A stretch of 64,000 nucleotides of DNA from Chrysomallon squamiferum (Eukaryota > Animalia > Mollusca). The notes below the pieces were generated by a model. The model ran no database searches. It saw only the letters and a list, made by a program, of their open reading frames with translations, and was not told the origin of the DNA. The position numbers were made by a program, and so were the translations under genes. This document shows positions 26,601 through 39,100 of this stretch, piece after piece. Location: positions 1,674,001 to 1,738,000 of the forward strand of contig CM022665.1 in the NCBI GenBank assembly GCA_012295275.1, given 5' to 3'. Each line of letters starts with the position of its first letter. Within the stretch, counting starts at the first letter, position 1.

Positions 26601-29132
26601 ACCTGTTGATAACATTGATGAAAGCCAGCACCCATCAGAGGACACCACTGTGCTTACATTAACTTTCTCTGTCTATTATTTTTATTAGTAGTATTGTTGT
26701 TGTTGTTATAATTTTATTATTATTACTATTATTATTAATATAGCATATTTATATGGTGCCTTCTCAATACTAAGTATGTTCAAGGATTTCTACAAAGTAA
26801 AAGTAATAACTAAAATACATATATCAGATACAGGTCTAAACCTGACCACCTGCATTAAAGTCTTACTCTGGAAGAGTATGAAAATTATCATGGCTTTTAA
26901 CAACCATCACTTTTTTGTCTGAATTGAAGAGGTTAACAGCATCTGTTTTACTTGTATCACATAAAATCTTAATTTGGCTTGTTACAGTAGTTTTTATTTC
27001 ATAAGTGCTGGTACTTCAACATCTGTCAGAGGTTTTTATGAATTCTGTTTTTATAAAAACTGAAGAATCTTGGAAAATCCTTAACTTAAATGTTTTATAG
27101 AGACCCATTTCAAGAAAATTTATGATTTTTTCACATAATTATTTTGTTTTTGTTGTTGAAATTACTGATAAATTAAACATTTTTATAATGGCCTCTTTAA
27201 AAATTTCCTATTCCTTTTTCCTTTTTTTTCTGCAGAAAGAAATTCTTTTACGAGATGCTGAAATTGAAGGTACTGATAGTGAAGAAGTTTCTAAAGCAAA
27301 CAGAATGATTCTGTAAGTTAAAGAGACAAATATTATTTTAATTGCAGAGGGTAACACTTAAAAAGAGTTTGACAGAGTATTGTCTCTACACTGATTGTGT
27401 TTAGTAGTCTGATCAGTGATTACAGTATTAGCTGTAGTAATAAACAGTGAAATATTCTTTTCCATAGCTGGTTAAAATTTTTGATACAAGAAATATGAAG
27501 GAAAACAATGGATATCTTGGTCATATTTTCAGATGTTTCATTATTAGATATATTTGTTTGTTTAACACATTTTGTTTTTCATTTTTATTTATTTAATGTG
27601 ATTTATTTAATAAATTATATTTTATAAAATAGTATATTATAAGATACCAGTTTGATCAAGTATCTCTATGTTTCTAAATGTGTTTGAAATACACAAATGT
27701 TTCTTTCAGACAAGGTTTGGTTGACATGACCAGAACCACAGAAAACATGACTACAGTTGGACAAGAAATACTGGAAAAAATACAAGTCTGGACTGCACAG
27801 TAAGATATACTATTTTCATGATACCCTATATGACTGCTATAATTACTTGCAATACAAGATGATTTTAAAATTATTAATTAAAATGGTTTCATTTGTTAGT
27901 GGCAGATGTTTTATTTTGTGTGTTTATGAGGATAGATTAGGATTTAAAAACCAATATCTACAGAGTACAGTGACATGAAAGTTTAGTAACACCAATGGAA
28001 ATAAGTCCTTGGGAGTTTTTACAGGCAAATTTAATTTTTACTGGACTGTAAAATATTGCCAAGGACCTCCATGATCCAAGATGAATGTAGTTTTTGTAAT
28101 AAAAACCTAACATTAGAATCTTAATTTATATATTTAAATTGTTACATTACTATTTGATTAAATAATAATAATAATAATAACTAAAAGAAAAAACAAACTT
28201 GGAAGAAACATTTAAATATTTAGCAAAATGAAGACAAAAAATAACATATGTATATTTGACTGGTATATAATGTTTGAAATGCTTCAGATATCCTGAGAAA
28301 CATATTCCAAGAATTGCTATTATTGGAGGTAAGTGTTTTTCTTATTTAGAAAACAACATATATTGTATTATGTGTACAATACTATCTGCCAGGTTATCTC
28401 ATTGTATTCTTCTTTGATAAATTGGACTATAAAAAGTAAATGAGATGTAGGAATAAATATTATTTGTTTACAGAGCAGTTTCATAGAATAAGCCTTTGGT
28501 AAATGTTTGATCCCTTAACTTCAAATCTCCTAAAATATTATATATACATATATATATATATTTTTTTTTTTACATATAAGCTTTTATTCTAAACAGATGA
28601 CTGGAAAGCACTGTTTTTATTCAGATCTGTACAAGAATCATTCTGTTTTCAGAAAAGGCTTTAGCAGCTTCTAGAGAGAGGTGGGATTTGGCTGCTTCCA
28701 GGGTTCATCTTGTCTTGAAGGAAGCTCACAAATGGGTGAAAACATTGTCAATGAAACATGGTTAGTCTCTGTGTTTCAGTTAATTTATCAAAATGTTTGG
28801 TCATAGTCTCAATGTTTTGTTAATTTTATCAGATAAGAAGATTGTACCTTTTTCATTTTGTACTGTTCTTGTCACAGCATTAAAAAAAATGTATTATTAT
28901 AAAAATTATTATTGTAATTATCATTATCATCATCAGCAGCATCATCAACATCATCATCATTATTGTTATTATTATTATTTGTTTTTTTGTTTCTATTATC
29001 ATCATCTACATCAACACTGCTTAACTGATTTTTATATGAGGTAAATTTTTATTATTATGATAACATTCTTTAGGTATTCTTTATAATGTTTTTTAACCTC
29101 ATCTCATATCTCTCATCTAATTCTATAATTAT

Positions 29133-29168
<36 letters not shown>

Positions 29169-32100
29169 AGCTCTGCTAAATACTAAAAAGCAGTTTGAAA
29201 TTATAATGGAAATAGCTAACAGCAAATTCACTGAGCTGTCAGAAGTAAATAATAAATTGGATCTGTCTGAAAAGGTATTATTTTATTTTATATTTTCTTC
29301 TTCTACTTACTTTTAAAAAGTAAAGTAAATAAACAAATAAAAACAATAATGATGATTATAAAAAATTAAAGATCTGACCAGGCAGATAAAGTGTTTATAT
29401 AATTTTAGCTAAAACACTCTGATTTCATTGGTGCATGTCTTTAATTACTAGGAAAAGATTTTAAACCACATCATAGTTGGTAATTCTGAAGATGATATCT
29501 CTTTACGATATTGCAGTTAATGCTGTTCTCTATTCCTTACACATTTTTTGAAATTTCAGATGCATGTATTTATAAAAAAAATTAATATCTTTTATTAAAA
29601 TGTCATTCATATGTATATAAGTATTTTTTTTTTTTTTTTTGTTGTTCTTTGAAGAATACTGATAATAACAAGTTTCAAAATGCTTCAGTCTGAAATATTT
29701 TTCCATTTTTATCTTTCAGCAAAATTTAATTTTAAAGAAACTGTTTGACAGAGGTAATTCAGATATTGAATTTTATAAACAGTCTCTGGATAATCAACAT
29801 TTGGATCTAAAAAATTTGAAAGTGAAGCTGGTAATTATTAATGTCACATTAAATAAATATCTGACTGTGTGTATTTATTTTTAATCAGTATTTATTGTGC
29901 TGTTTAGTTACAATTTCTTTCTTTATTAATTTAATTTGCCTTTATTTTTGTGAATCATCCATACTGATTTTTATCAAACACACACTTTCACCAACAGCAG
30001 AACAATGAATAGGATTTTGGTGATAACAGGATCAATATTCTGTATTTCATCCACTGACCTATTTCCCATTCCAAACCATAGCTTATGAAGGTTGTATAAA
30101 AAATATCATTCAGTATATCATCCTGTCTATGTGGAGGTGTGTGTGAAATAGGTCTTATTCTTTTTTCTTTTCTTTTCTGCTCCTCCATATTTCTTTATTA
30201 AAATTATAAATAAATTTGCTTGCCTATTCATATATTTACACCATTTTTGTATGACATTTAACAGCTGATGTGAATGTGTTCTGTGATGCTGTCAAAAATT
30301 CATTCATTAATTTATTTAATCTGTACAAAAAGAGTTGCTTGTGAAATGGAGGCAGCAGCTCAAAAAATAGTATCCTATTAACCATTTCTATTTTCATCTG
30401 AACATACATTTACCAACTGCTTGCTAAAATAAAAAAAAATTCCATTACTGATGTGTACTCTGTAAAATTCAGCATTTTGTATGATTTTTGTTTACTGTTA
30501 CAGGGCCAGTCTAAAGAAATGAATAAAAGGTTGACAGCTCAGGTGATAAAATTGCGGGCAAAAGCTGAAGCTTTTCAAGAAACTATTGATGAAAACAAGA
30601 AAGATAAACCACTGTCAGCAACAGGAGCAACAGCAACATCACCAACTCCTACAGCAGGTGTTGAATCATCTCGTATGACACCTGAGAAAATAGCTGGTAT
30701 GGGAATTTATGTATTTTAGAAATACATGTCTGTCAAGAGCACAGCCTCTGTTTCTTCTGGGTCTTTAACACATTTCTAAATACAGTGTACTGAAAAGATA
30801 CAGTTATTTTTTTAACTGGATGTAGATTATATTTTTATTTTATTAATTAGGATTTCAGTTCAGTTCTCTTTATTTTCATAACTAATTGCAACTTAGATTT
30901 GACACTCTTCCAAGTTAGCAAATAGAAAAAGAAAAGGAAAGAAAATCAGGTTCAAATTGGAAGGCTTGTTTTCATATTCAATATTTAAATATATATATAT
31001 ATATATTTAAATATATTTATGTACTTCTCTTATTTTTTACTGTAGACATTTAAAGATCATGGAATTTCTTTTTCTTTCAGCTTTTAATGCAGAATACTTT
31101 GGAGCTTCAGAACTAAAGTCTACAGAGCATCAGCTTGATGAGTATACGGTTTGTAATATTTAAACATAATTAATATTTTCATTCTAAACATTTTTGTGAT
31201 AAAATTCCTTGGTATTGTTATCATTTTTATTGTATGCACTTCACTGTCCATGCATAATATACATGAAAATACATTAAGTGAATAGAAATACATAAGTGAG
31301 CTGATTTTTTTAAATTCTAGAACAATTAATAATAGCATGAAGTCAGTATATAACAATAAATGAAAACGAAATGTTATCATTATCAGCCTTACTTTGTATA
31401 AAATTTGATTTAATGATATTTAACTGTTTTAATGTTCAGGTTTATTTAATACTTGTGTATTTTTTTAAATATTTATTTTTAGGATCGTATAGAAGAGCTG
31501 AATGAAAGGATTAGAGAGCTAGAAGAACTTTTGGGAAAACAAAAAGGTAAATCTTTTTTAACTGTAACTTTTGCATCTTTTTTAATCTGTTCAAAATCAT
31601 AGGAAAACTCAAATTAGTTTAGCTAGAATTTTTAATGTTTTGTTTTAGATTATGTTTAAACAAACTATAACATGCTGTCTTCTCTTTCTCAAACAGGTCG
31701 TATCCTGTCAAAAATAAGTACAGTATAAAACATTTTGAGAAGTACTGTTAAAAAATATTTCTCTGTAGGTCTGATGAGATATTATCTGGTTTTGTTATTC
31801 AGGAAGCGTAATCAACCTCAAAGCCGCCCTGTCACACAAAATCAAAGCTAGGACAAGAGAAGATCTGACAAAAGATGATCTGACAGAAGAAAAAATACAA
31901 CAAATCTATTACAACGGAAGGCTTGCACAGGTAATCATTATTTTAGTTTGTTTTAAAATTTCAAGTAATGTTTATTTTAACTTGCCTTCTTTTTCATCCT
32001 GCATTCAATCAAAACACACCACATTTCTGAAATACACCCAACATTCCTAAACAGTTCCAAACAGTTTGCAGTCACTGTGTAGGCTGCCCAATAATAGTTC

Positions 32101-33138
32101 CTGTCTGATTTCACTGCTCTGATTCAGCCAATACAGTGCTTTGTGTATCTGTGTTTTTTCTTCTCCTCCTTGCAAATAGAAGCAGGCCAGCTGTCTAGAC
32201 CATATTTTCCTCTTTGAAATATAATTTTGCATGGTGGCTGTTATTATCAGTATTTGAAAAGTAAATAAATCTAAAATCTTCATCACTTATAAGAACCAGT
32301 CCAAAAGGTGAAATTCTTCAAATTTATTATGGATGTTCCTGATTAGCCCTAACACTCAGCTTTTTGAAAAGTCATTTACAATTTTATTCTTAAATATTTC
32401 TGTTATATTTTATAAAAGATTTGCATCTGTCATACCACAAGGCCTTTGGGTTTTGTTTTTTTCTTTTCACTTCAAAGCATGATGATTTTTTTCTTATATA
32501 TAATTTAAATTTTATACTAAGTCATATTAAAAGTGTGGTTCTGACAGTGCTACAGATTAATTTTTTTGTATCCTGTTTTAAAACAGTTTCTTTATGATAT
32601 CTATTCCAAAGATGCTTAGATAAAATTTTAGCGGCCATTTATACACTTAATTTAACTAATTGATGAGATTTGAAAAAAAAAAAAATTATCTTTGTTAATA
32701 GATATAATTAAAAAGCAATAATTAAAACATATATTTTTAAACTGCATGGAAGGAAATAGTATTCATACTACTGTATTTAACAATAATGTTAAAAATTATT
32801 ACCCTGTTAATTTATAACAGCCAGTTTTCTTAAGTGCCCCTCTGAAAGACCCTGATATACTCAGTCTGGCCAACTGTTACACAGTTTGTGCACTCTGTTT
32901 GTAAACAGATTAATGCTGACTGCAGACAATACGTCTAACAGATGCTAGTTTACATCTGTCAAACATATCTTTCTCATCCTACTGAAGATGTCACTAAAAA
33001 TAACCCAGATGATGAAAAGTTAGTCACAGACATTGATAAACTGTGATCTGATCTTAGTGACAGAGATGGCTGATACTGTCATTTAATTTTCGGGCTTTAC
33101 TATTTATTATTATTATTATTACTATTCTTCTTCTTCTT

Positions 33139-33169
<31 letters not shown>

Positions 33170-36100
33170 TTATTATTATTATTATTATTTTATATAATTC
33201 TTTTTTAATTGTGTGATTAATAATGTGTTTCAAGATTGCTACATTGATGATTTTTGGAATTTTATTGTGTTTTCTAACACCTATTTTGCTGCATCCAAAT
33301 ATGATGCAGGTTTTTACCATTGTATACATTAAAAAAAAAAATAATAATAATAATAAAATGTTGAAACAAATTCTATTACTTTTCAAATAATATTATTTGC
33401 TGTGTTACTAACACATGTTGGTACTGTTCTCTGCAACATGTCTAAACCCTTTGCATTAAAATTATGTGTTGTCTCATTATTATATAATACTTTGTTTTCA
33501 AAAAGTTTGATTAGATCAACAGAAAATTTTGTAGATCATTGGTACTAATCTATAATAAAATACATATATATTTTTTTTTTTATAATTGTTGCTCTTTAAG
33601 TGTTTCATATTTTTATTTTTTATAATAATAATACAATAAGTAAAACAATAACAAAAAATGTAAAATCGTAGTTTCTAAATGTCATTCTACCAAAGGGTTA
33701 TCTCAGTAATGAAACCATCTAGCTGGTTCATGTTTTTCATATACTTTCATTATTTTATCTTGACAGCTGAATTAAATCTCTCTGATTCAGTGAACAAATA
33801 AATAAGAACCAATATCTGTTGTTGTTTTTTAAATGTAGTTGTTTTTTTAAATTTATATCAATGTAACTGTCCAGTTTTAAATATGTATCACATACTATTA
33901 CTCTCTGCATTAAGCCATAAAACTGCATGCAGTATTGGCCTTCCTCGTAAAATGTTTTATAATGCAAATATTTTCTCCAAGTAACCATTTTAAAATTATT
34001 TACAGACAAAAGAGGAAAGACCGTATATTACCCATGATCAGGACAAAGCAGACAAAACAGACAAAGCAGTCAAAGCAGATGCTGACAAAAAAGTAAAGTT
34101 TTCAAAACCAAAGAAAGAAGAGACTACAGCCATTGAAGCTTCAGATGAAAAGTCAGACTATGCTGAAGATAAATTTGCTCGCACTGTTAGGCGGGTGAAG
34201 ACTATCAAGAAAGTAGTGAAACGCTTCAAGCGTGGAAAATCCAAAGCAAAATCGGTTACTGAAACTTCTGATGAGAAAGAAAAAGAGACTGTAACCATGC
34301 AGGACACTTTCAAAACTGATCTGATGAAACTCTATGGTGATATTGAAAAACTAACTGCTCCAAAGGTCTTCTATATTTTTAGTCTTATTATTTCAGCTGT
34401 GAAAATAACAAGAAAGTAATAATTATTTAATATTATAATCATTCCTTCAAAAAATATATTTGTATCTGCAGATAAAACTGGTTAGTGATATATTTTAAAA
34501 TTAAATTATTTAAAAAAAATATATATATATATATTGACACTGTTTGCTTTGTTAAGCTAATATGATCTCCAAACTAATGTAAAGTTATAATTATACTTTT
34601 AGTTTGGTGATGAGCCTACAAGTGCCCCAGGAATTTCATCTACAACTGCCCCAGGAATTTCATCTATAAGAACCCCAGGAATTTCACCTACAAGTGCCCC
34701 AGGAATTTCATCTATAAGATCCCCAGGAATTTCACCTACAAGTGCCCGGGGAATTTCACCTACAAGTACTACAGATCTTTCACTGGCAAGTGTCCCAGGT
34801 CTTTCACCTTTAAGTGTTCCAGGAATTTCACCTACAAGTCCTACAGATCTGTCATCTGCAACTGTCCCCGGAATTTCACCTACAAGTACTACAGGACTTT
34901 CTTTTTCAAGTACTCAAGGAATTTCACCAACATCTGCCCAAGGTTTTTTACCTACAGATCACAAACAAATTTCACCTCAAAGTACCCAAAGTATCTCTCC
35001 TGCAGGTGAAAAAGGAATTTCATCTAAGAGTTCAAAAAAAGGTTTATCAAAAAAAGGAAGTCGTTCTTCATCAAAGAAAGGGAAAAGTTCCTCTGGCAGT
35101 TTAAAAAGTCTAACTCCCAAAAGTGCAACTCGCTTTTCATCAGGAAGTGTTAAAGCAGTTTCACCACAGACAACAAAAGCCATTTTACCAGAGACAACAC
35201 AAGCTGTTTCACCAGACACAAAACAAGTTGTTTCACCAGAGACAAAACGAGTTGTTTCACCAGACACGAAACAAGTTGTTTCACCAGAGACAAAACAAGT
35301 TGTTTCACCAGACACAAAACAAGTTGTTTCACCAGACACGAAACGAGTTGTTTCACCAGACACGAAACGAGTTGTTTCACCAGAGACAAAACAAGCTGTT
35401 TCACCAGAGACAAAACAAATTGTTTCACCAGAGACAAAACCAGTTGTTTCACCAGAGTCCAAAATTAAACAAGGATCTCAGGATGTGATACCTATAGGTA
35501 AACAAACTACTTCACCTTCTAGTGTAGAAGCTACTTCACCCTCATCACTTGATAGTACACGAGCTCTTTTAGGTTCATCTAAAAGTGATCCGAGTTATTT
35601 GGATACCATGTATTCACGTGGTAGTCTAAGAGTTACACCAGAAAGCAATTCACCAGAATCTACAAGCATTTCTCTTGAAAGTCTAAGAACTATATCATCT
35701 CAAGGAATAATTTCACCTGAAACTTCCCCAGAGACACAAATGCCACAACAGAAAACTGGTGAAATTGTTGAACGTCAGAGAACACAGACTACAGATACAA
35801 CTGAACAAGAAAAACCTAGAATTGAGGTGATGAGGACTTTGTCACAGCCTTTGACAGCAATTTCAGAAGAAACAGATGATAAAGACTCAGTTAAAAAGAT
35901 GTTTGAACCTACAAAATCTGCAGATATTCCAAAAATTATTATCACAAAACCACCCAGCAAGATAACTCAAGCACTAAAGAAACTTGAAGAAGAAAAGTCA
36001 AAAACGTAATTTTCATTGTTGTATTTTTAAAAGATTTTCATCATTGGCTTTATACATGAATATGCAGCTGTAAACCTGTTATTTCATCACCATTTTTATT

Positions 36101-39100
36101 ATTATTTTTTCTTAGCTTTGTTCCATTACTACATTTTCTATTTCTTTTCTTCTAATTATTATTAATTTATTGTAGACCCACATAAGATGCTGTATAATTT
36201 AAAACTTTAACTCTTTTTGTATGATTTTTTTGTTTTTTCGGCATCTTTAAGAGCTGAAGTTCAAGAATTACTGAAGAAAACAGAACAGCAGCAAAAGGAA
36301 CAGCTGATTAAAATAAAAGAAGGTTGGAATAGCACACTTCAGACTGTATTGAATTTTTGTGATCACACTGCATCAGTGCTAACAGAGGAAGGATATCCAA
36401 ACACTGCAAAGGATCTCATGAAAAAGACACTAAATTTCGTTTCTGATAATGTATGTGTCAGCTGAATCAATTTTATTTACAACTATATAGAAGCTGAAAC
36501 TTTGTTTATAGATCAGAAATTATTTATATGAAATTACTTGCATGTTTTTCTTTCATTTTTAATTTTAGAATTGGAAAATGAGTAAACATTGCTAAACATT
36601 ATCTTACTTATAAATTTTCTAAGCTGCTTTGGAATATATCATCAGATACATATATATTTTATTGTTAATGTTTTTGAGTTATTTTGCATCTTTTGTAAAA
36701 TAATATAATGCTTTTGTTATATTTTTTTCAGTTACCTGTTGATCTTAATGATTTAATTGGCACTGTAACAAATCACAGTGAGAAATGTAAGTCTTAGTAA
36801 AATGTTACACCAGTAATGAAGTGAACTTTATCTGCTGGTTCTCAGTATTGGTAGGAAGAATGTCTTTTTTTTATCAACTTTCCAAAAACTCATAGCTAAA
36901 CTGACCTAATTTCATGCTTAAACTCAAGCAGCACTTTATAATTTATAACAAACATTTTTATTATTATTTGTTTTTTCATCCTAAGGATGTTAAGAAAAAT
37001 TTAATCTTACACACTGGAAAACTCATCTTCCAATCAAATGACTGTAAACATAATTTCCAAAAAGTGTTACTTAATTTTTACAAATTCCCATACGTTTATG
37101 AGTGATAAATTATTTATAATATATGTGTATAAAATTATATATTTTTTTAATGCAACAGTTGCTTTTATCCACATGTCCTTAAACAGTTTCTTTCTGCAGA
37201 GGCTATACATTCTTGCTTTGTTACAGTCAATTACTGAAAATTTGGACCATTTAAACACTAAGTTCAGTTTATCTCCCACTTAATTCCATTGAACAGTTCA
37301 TACCAGTTTTCAAATCACAAATTCAGATACAGTAATCATAGTCTGATAATATTGTTTTTAATTACTTCCAGGTTTGGAAACGGTTCAGAGTACTTTACAA
37401 AATCTACTGAATGCTATGCATTTTATGGATCGGGTGAGTTTGTCAGTAAAGAATGAAATTTGGGAAAGAGTGAATATACCAATAAAATATATGCATCTGT
37501 TCACTGTTTAGGGTGTTTATCAGTAGGTGTAGCCCACAGAATGGAAGTAATGGGTTTCCCAACTCAGGCTGTCGTTAGGTTATACGCTCTATATTATATT
37601 CATAGATTTGATTTGCTTGCCTGCCATATCAGTGTTTCATTTAAATTACAAATAGATTTATTATTTATATATTTACCTCTGTATTAAATCTAACAGTCAA
37701 ACATTACACGCTATAATTACTAATATATAACTCAGTTAAAAGACTCATTCAGTCAGTTGACTATAAATAAAATTAGCATAAAATATTCCAGTGCATGATT
37801 AACAAAATAACATTTATTTATTATTAATATTGTCATTATATTTTTTATGTCTTGTTTCAAATTGCATAACCACTTGTAAGATAGAATTATTAGATGTGAT
37901 AAAGAAAACCAAATTTTATTATTATCAGATTTTTCTCTATTATTTTAAAATTACTGATTTCAGACTAAGGCAAATGAAGCAAAGAAAAAACAATTAGTAT
38001 GGAAAACAGAAGGACAAGTAAGCCAATCAGAATATGAAATAAAGTATTTTACATATATGTTTAATAAATAAATAATAAAAGAAAATACAATATAAATATT
38101 ACTGTAAATAGTTGCTCCTAATTTTCTTATTTTTCTTTTTTTTTTAATGTTTTTTGCAACTGAAAATTACTATTATTTTTATATTAAACATAATTCACTT
38201 GTGATAATGCCTCTGTTGATATTAATATTATTGTTTGCAGGTGGTTAGCTTTGTTGTAAGGTTACCATGTCAGTGTTATTTATTTAATAATTCATCTCAG
38301 ATCAGTTTTTCCTGTCAATAAAATTATATTTAATTAACTCTCTGTTAAAAAGAATTGGTTCTCAATCTGCCCCAAGATGACAGTCATTCTTAAACCTGTA
38401 CAGTCAGCTCTTTGCCATGCTTCTAAAACCCAAAGAAATTCAAAACCCTCCAGAAACCAGTAATAATTAATATTCTTTGGTTGTTGTTTTTTTCACATTA
38501 CTATTAATAAATGAGCCCAAATACAAATGCAAAACATTATGTTCTGACCAAATCATACAGGGATCTAAAATTAACGATCATGAAGCAACCAGACATCGGC
38601 AACCCAAAGTGTTGGACGTTGTTTTGTTTTTGTTTTTTGATGTTCCTCAATTTCCTCAAGTTATTAAGATATACAAAATGTAAAATTAATAAACTTTTTA
38701 AAAGTTAAAAAAGTATGAAAGAACAGATCTGGTGAATGTTGATAACATGACAATGTTTGTATTGTTTTATTTCAGTGCTTTAAGGCTTAGTTCATAAAAT
38801 ATATATTTTAAAACAAACAAGCATATTTTTATTTTTATTTTTTTATATTTATATACTTTAAACAAACAAGTATATTTTTTAATAATTTTTTTATTTCTGT
38901 GTCAATTCAGAACATTGAACCCACAATCCGTAAATATCCACAGATGTTGGATCTAATTGCAAAACAGAAAGCAGAAAAGTAAGAAAACGTCAAAGGAAAT
39001 AACATGATTTCTTTTCCTTTTTTAAACAATTTGTTTTTAGATTTTTTATTTTCTTATAAAAATAAATATTCAGAACATTAATGTATTATTAAGTGAACAA

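Noticed and set aside
34814-35488. Four overlapping repeat ORFs in other frames and on the opposite strand
   Set aside because: By-products of stop-free 24-nt repeats; only the frame starting at 34603 joins the flanking exons.
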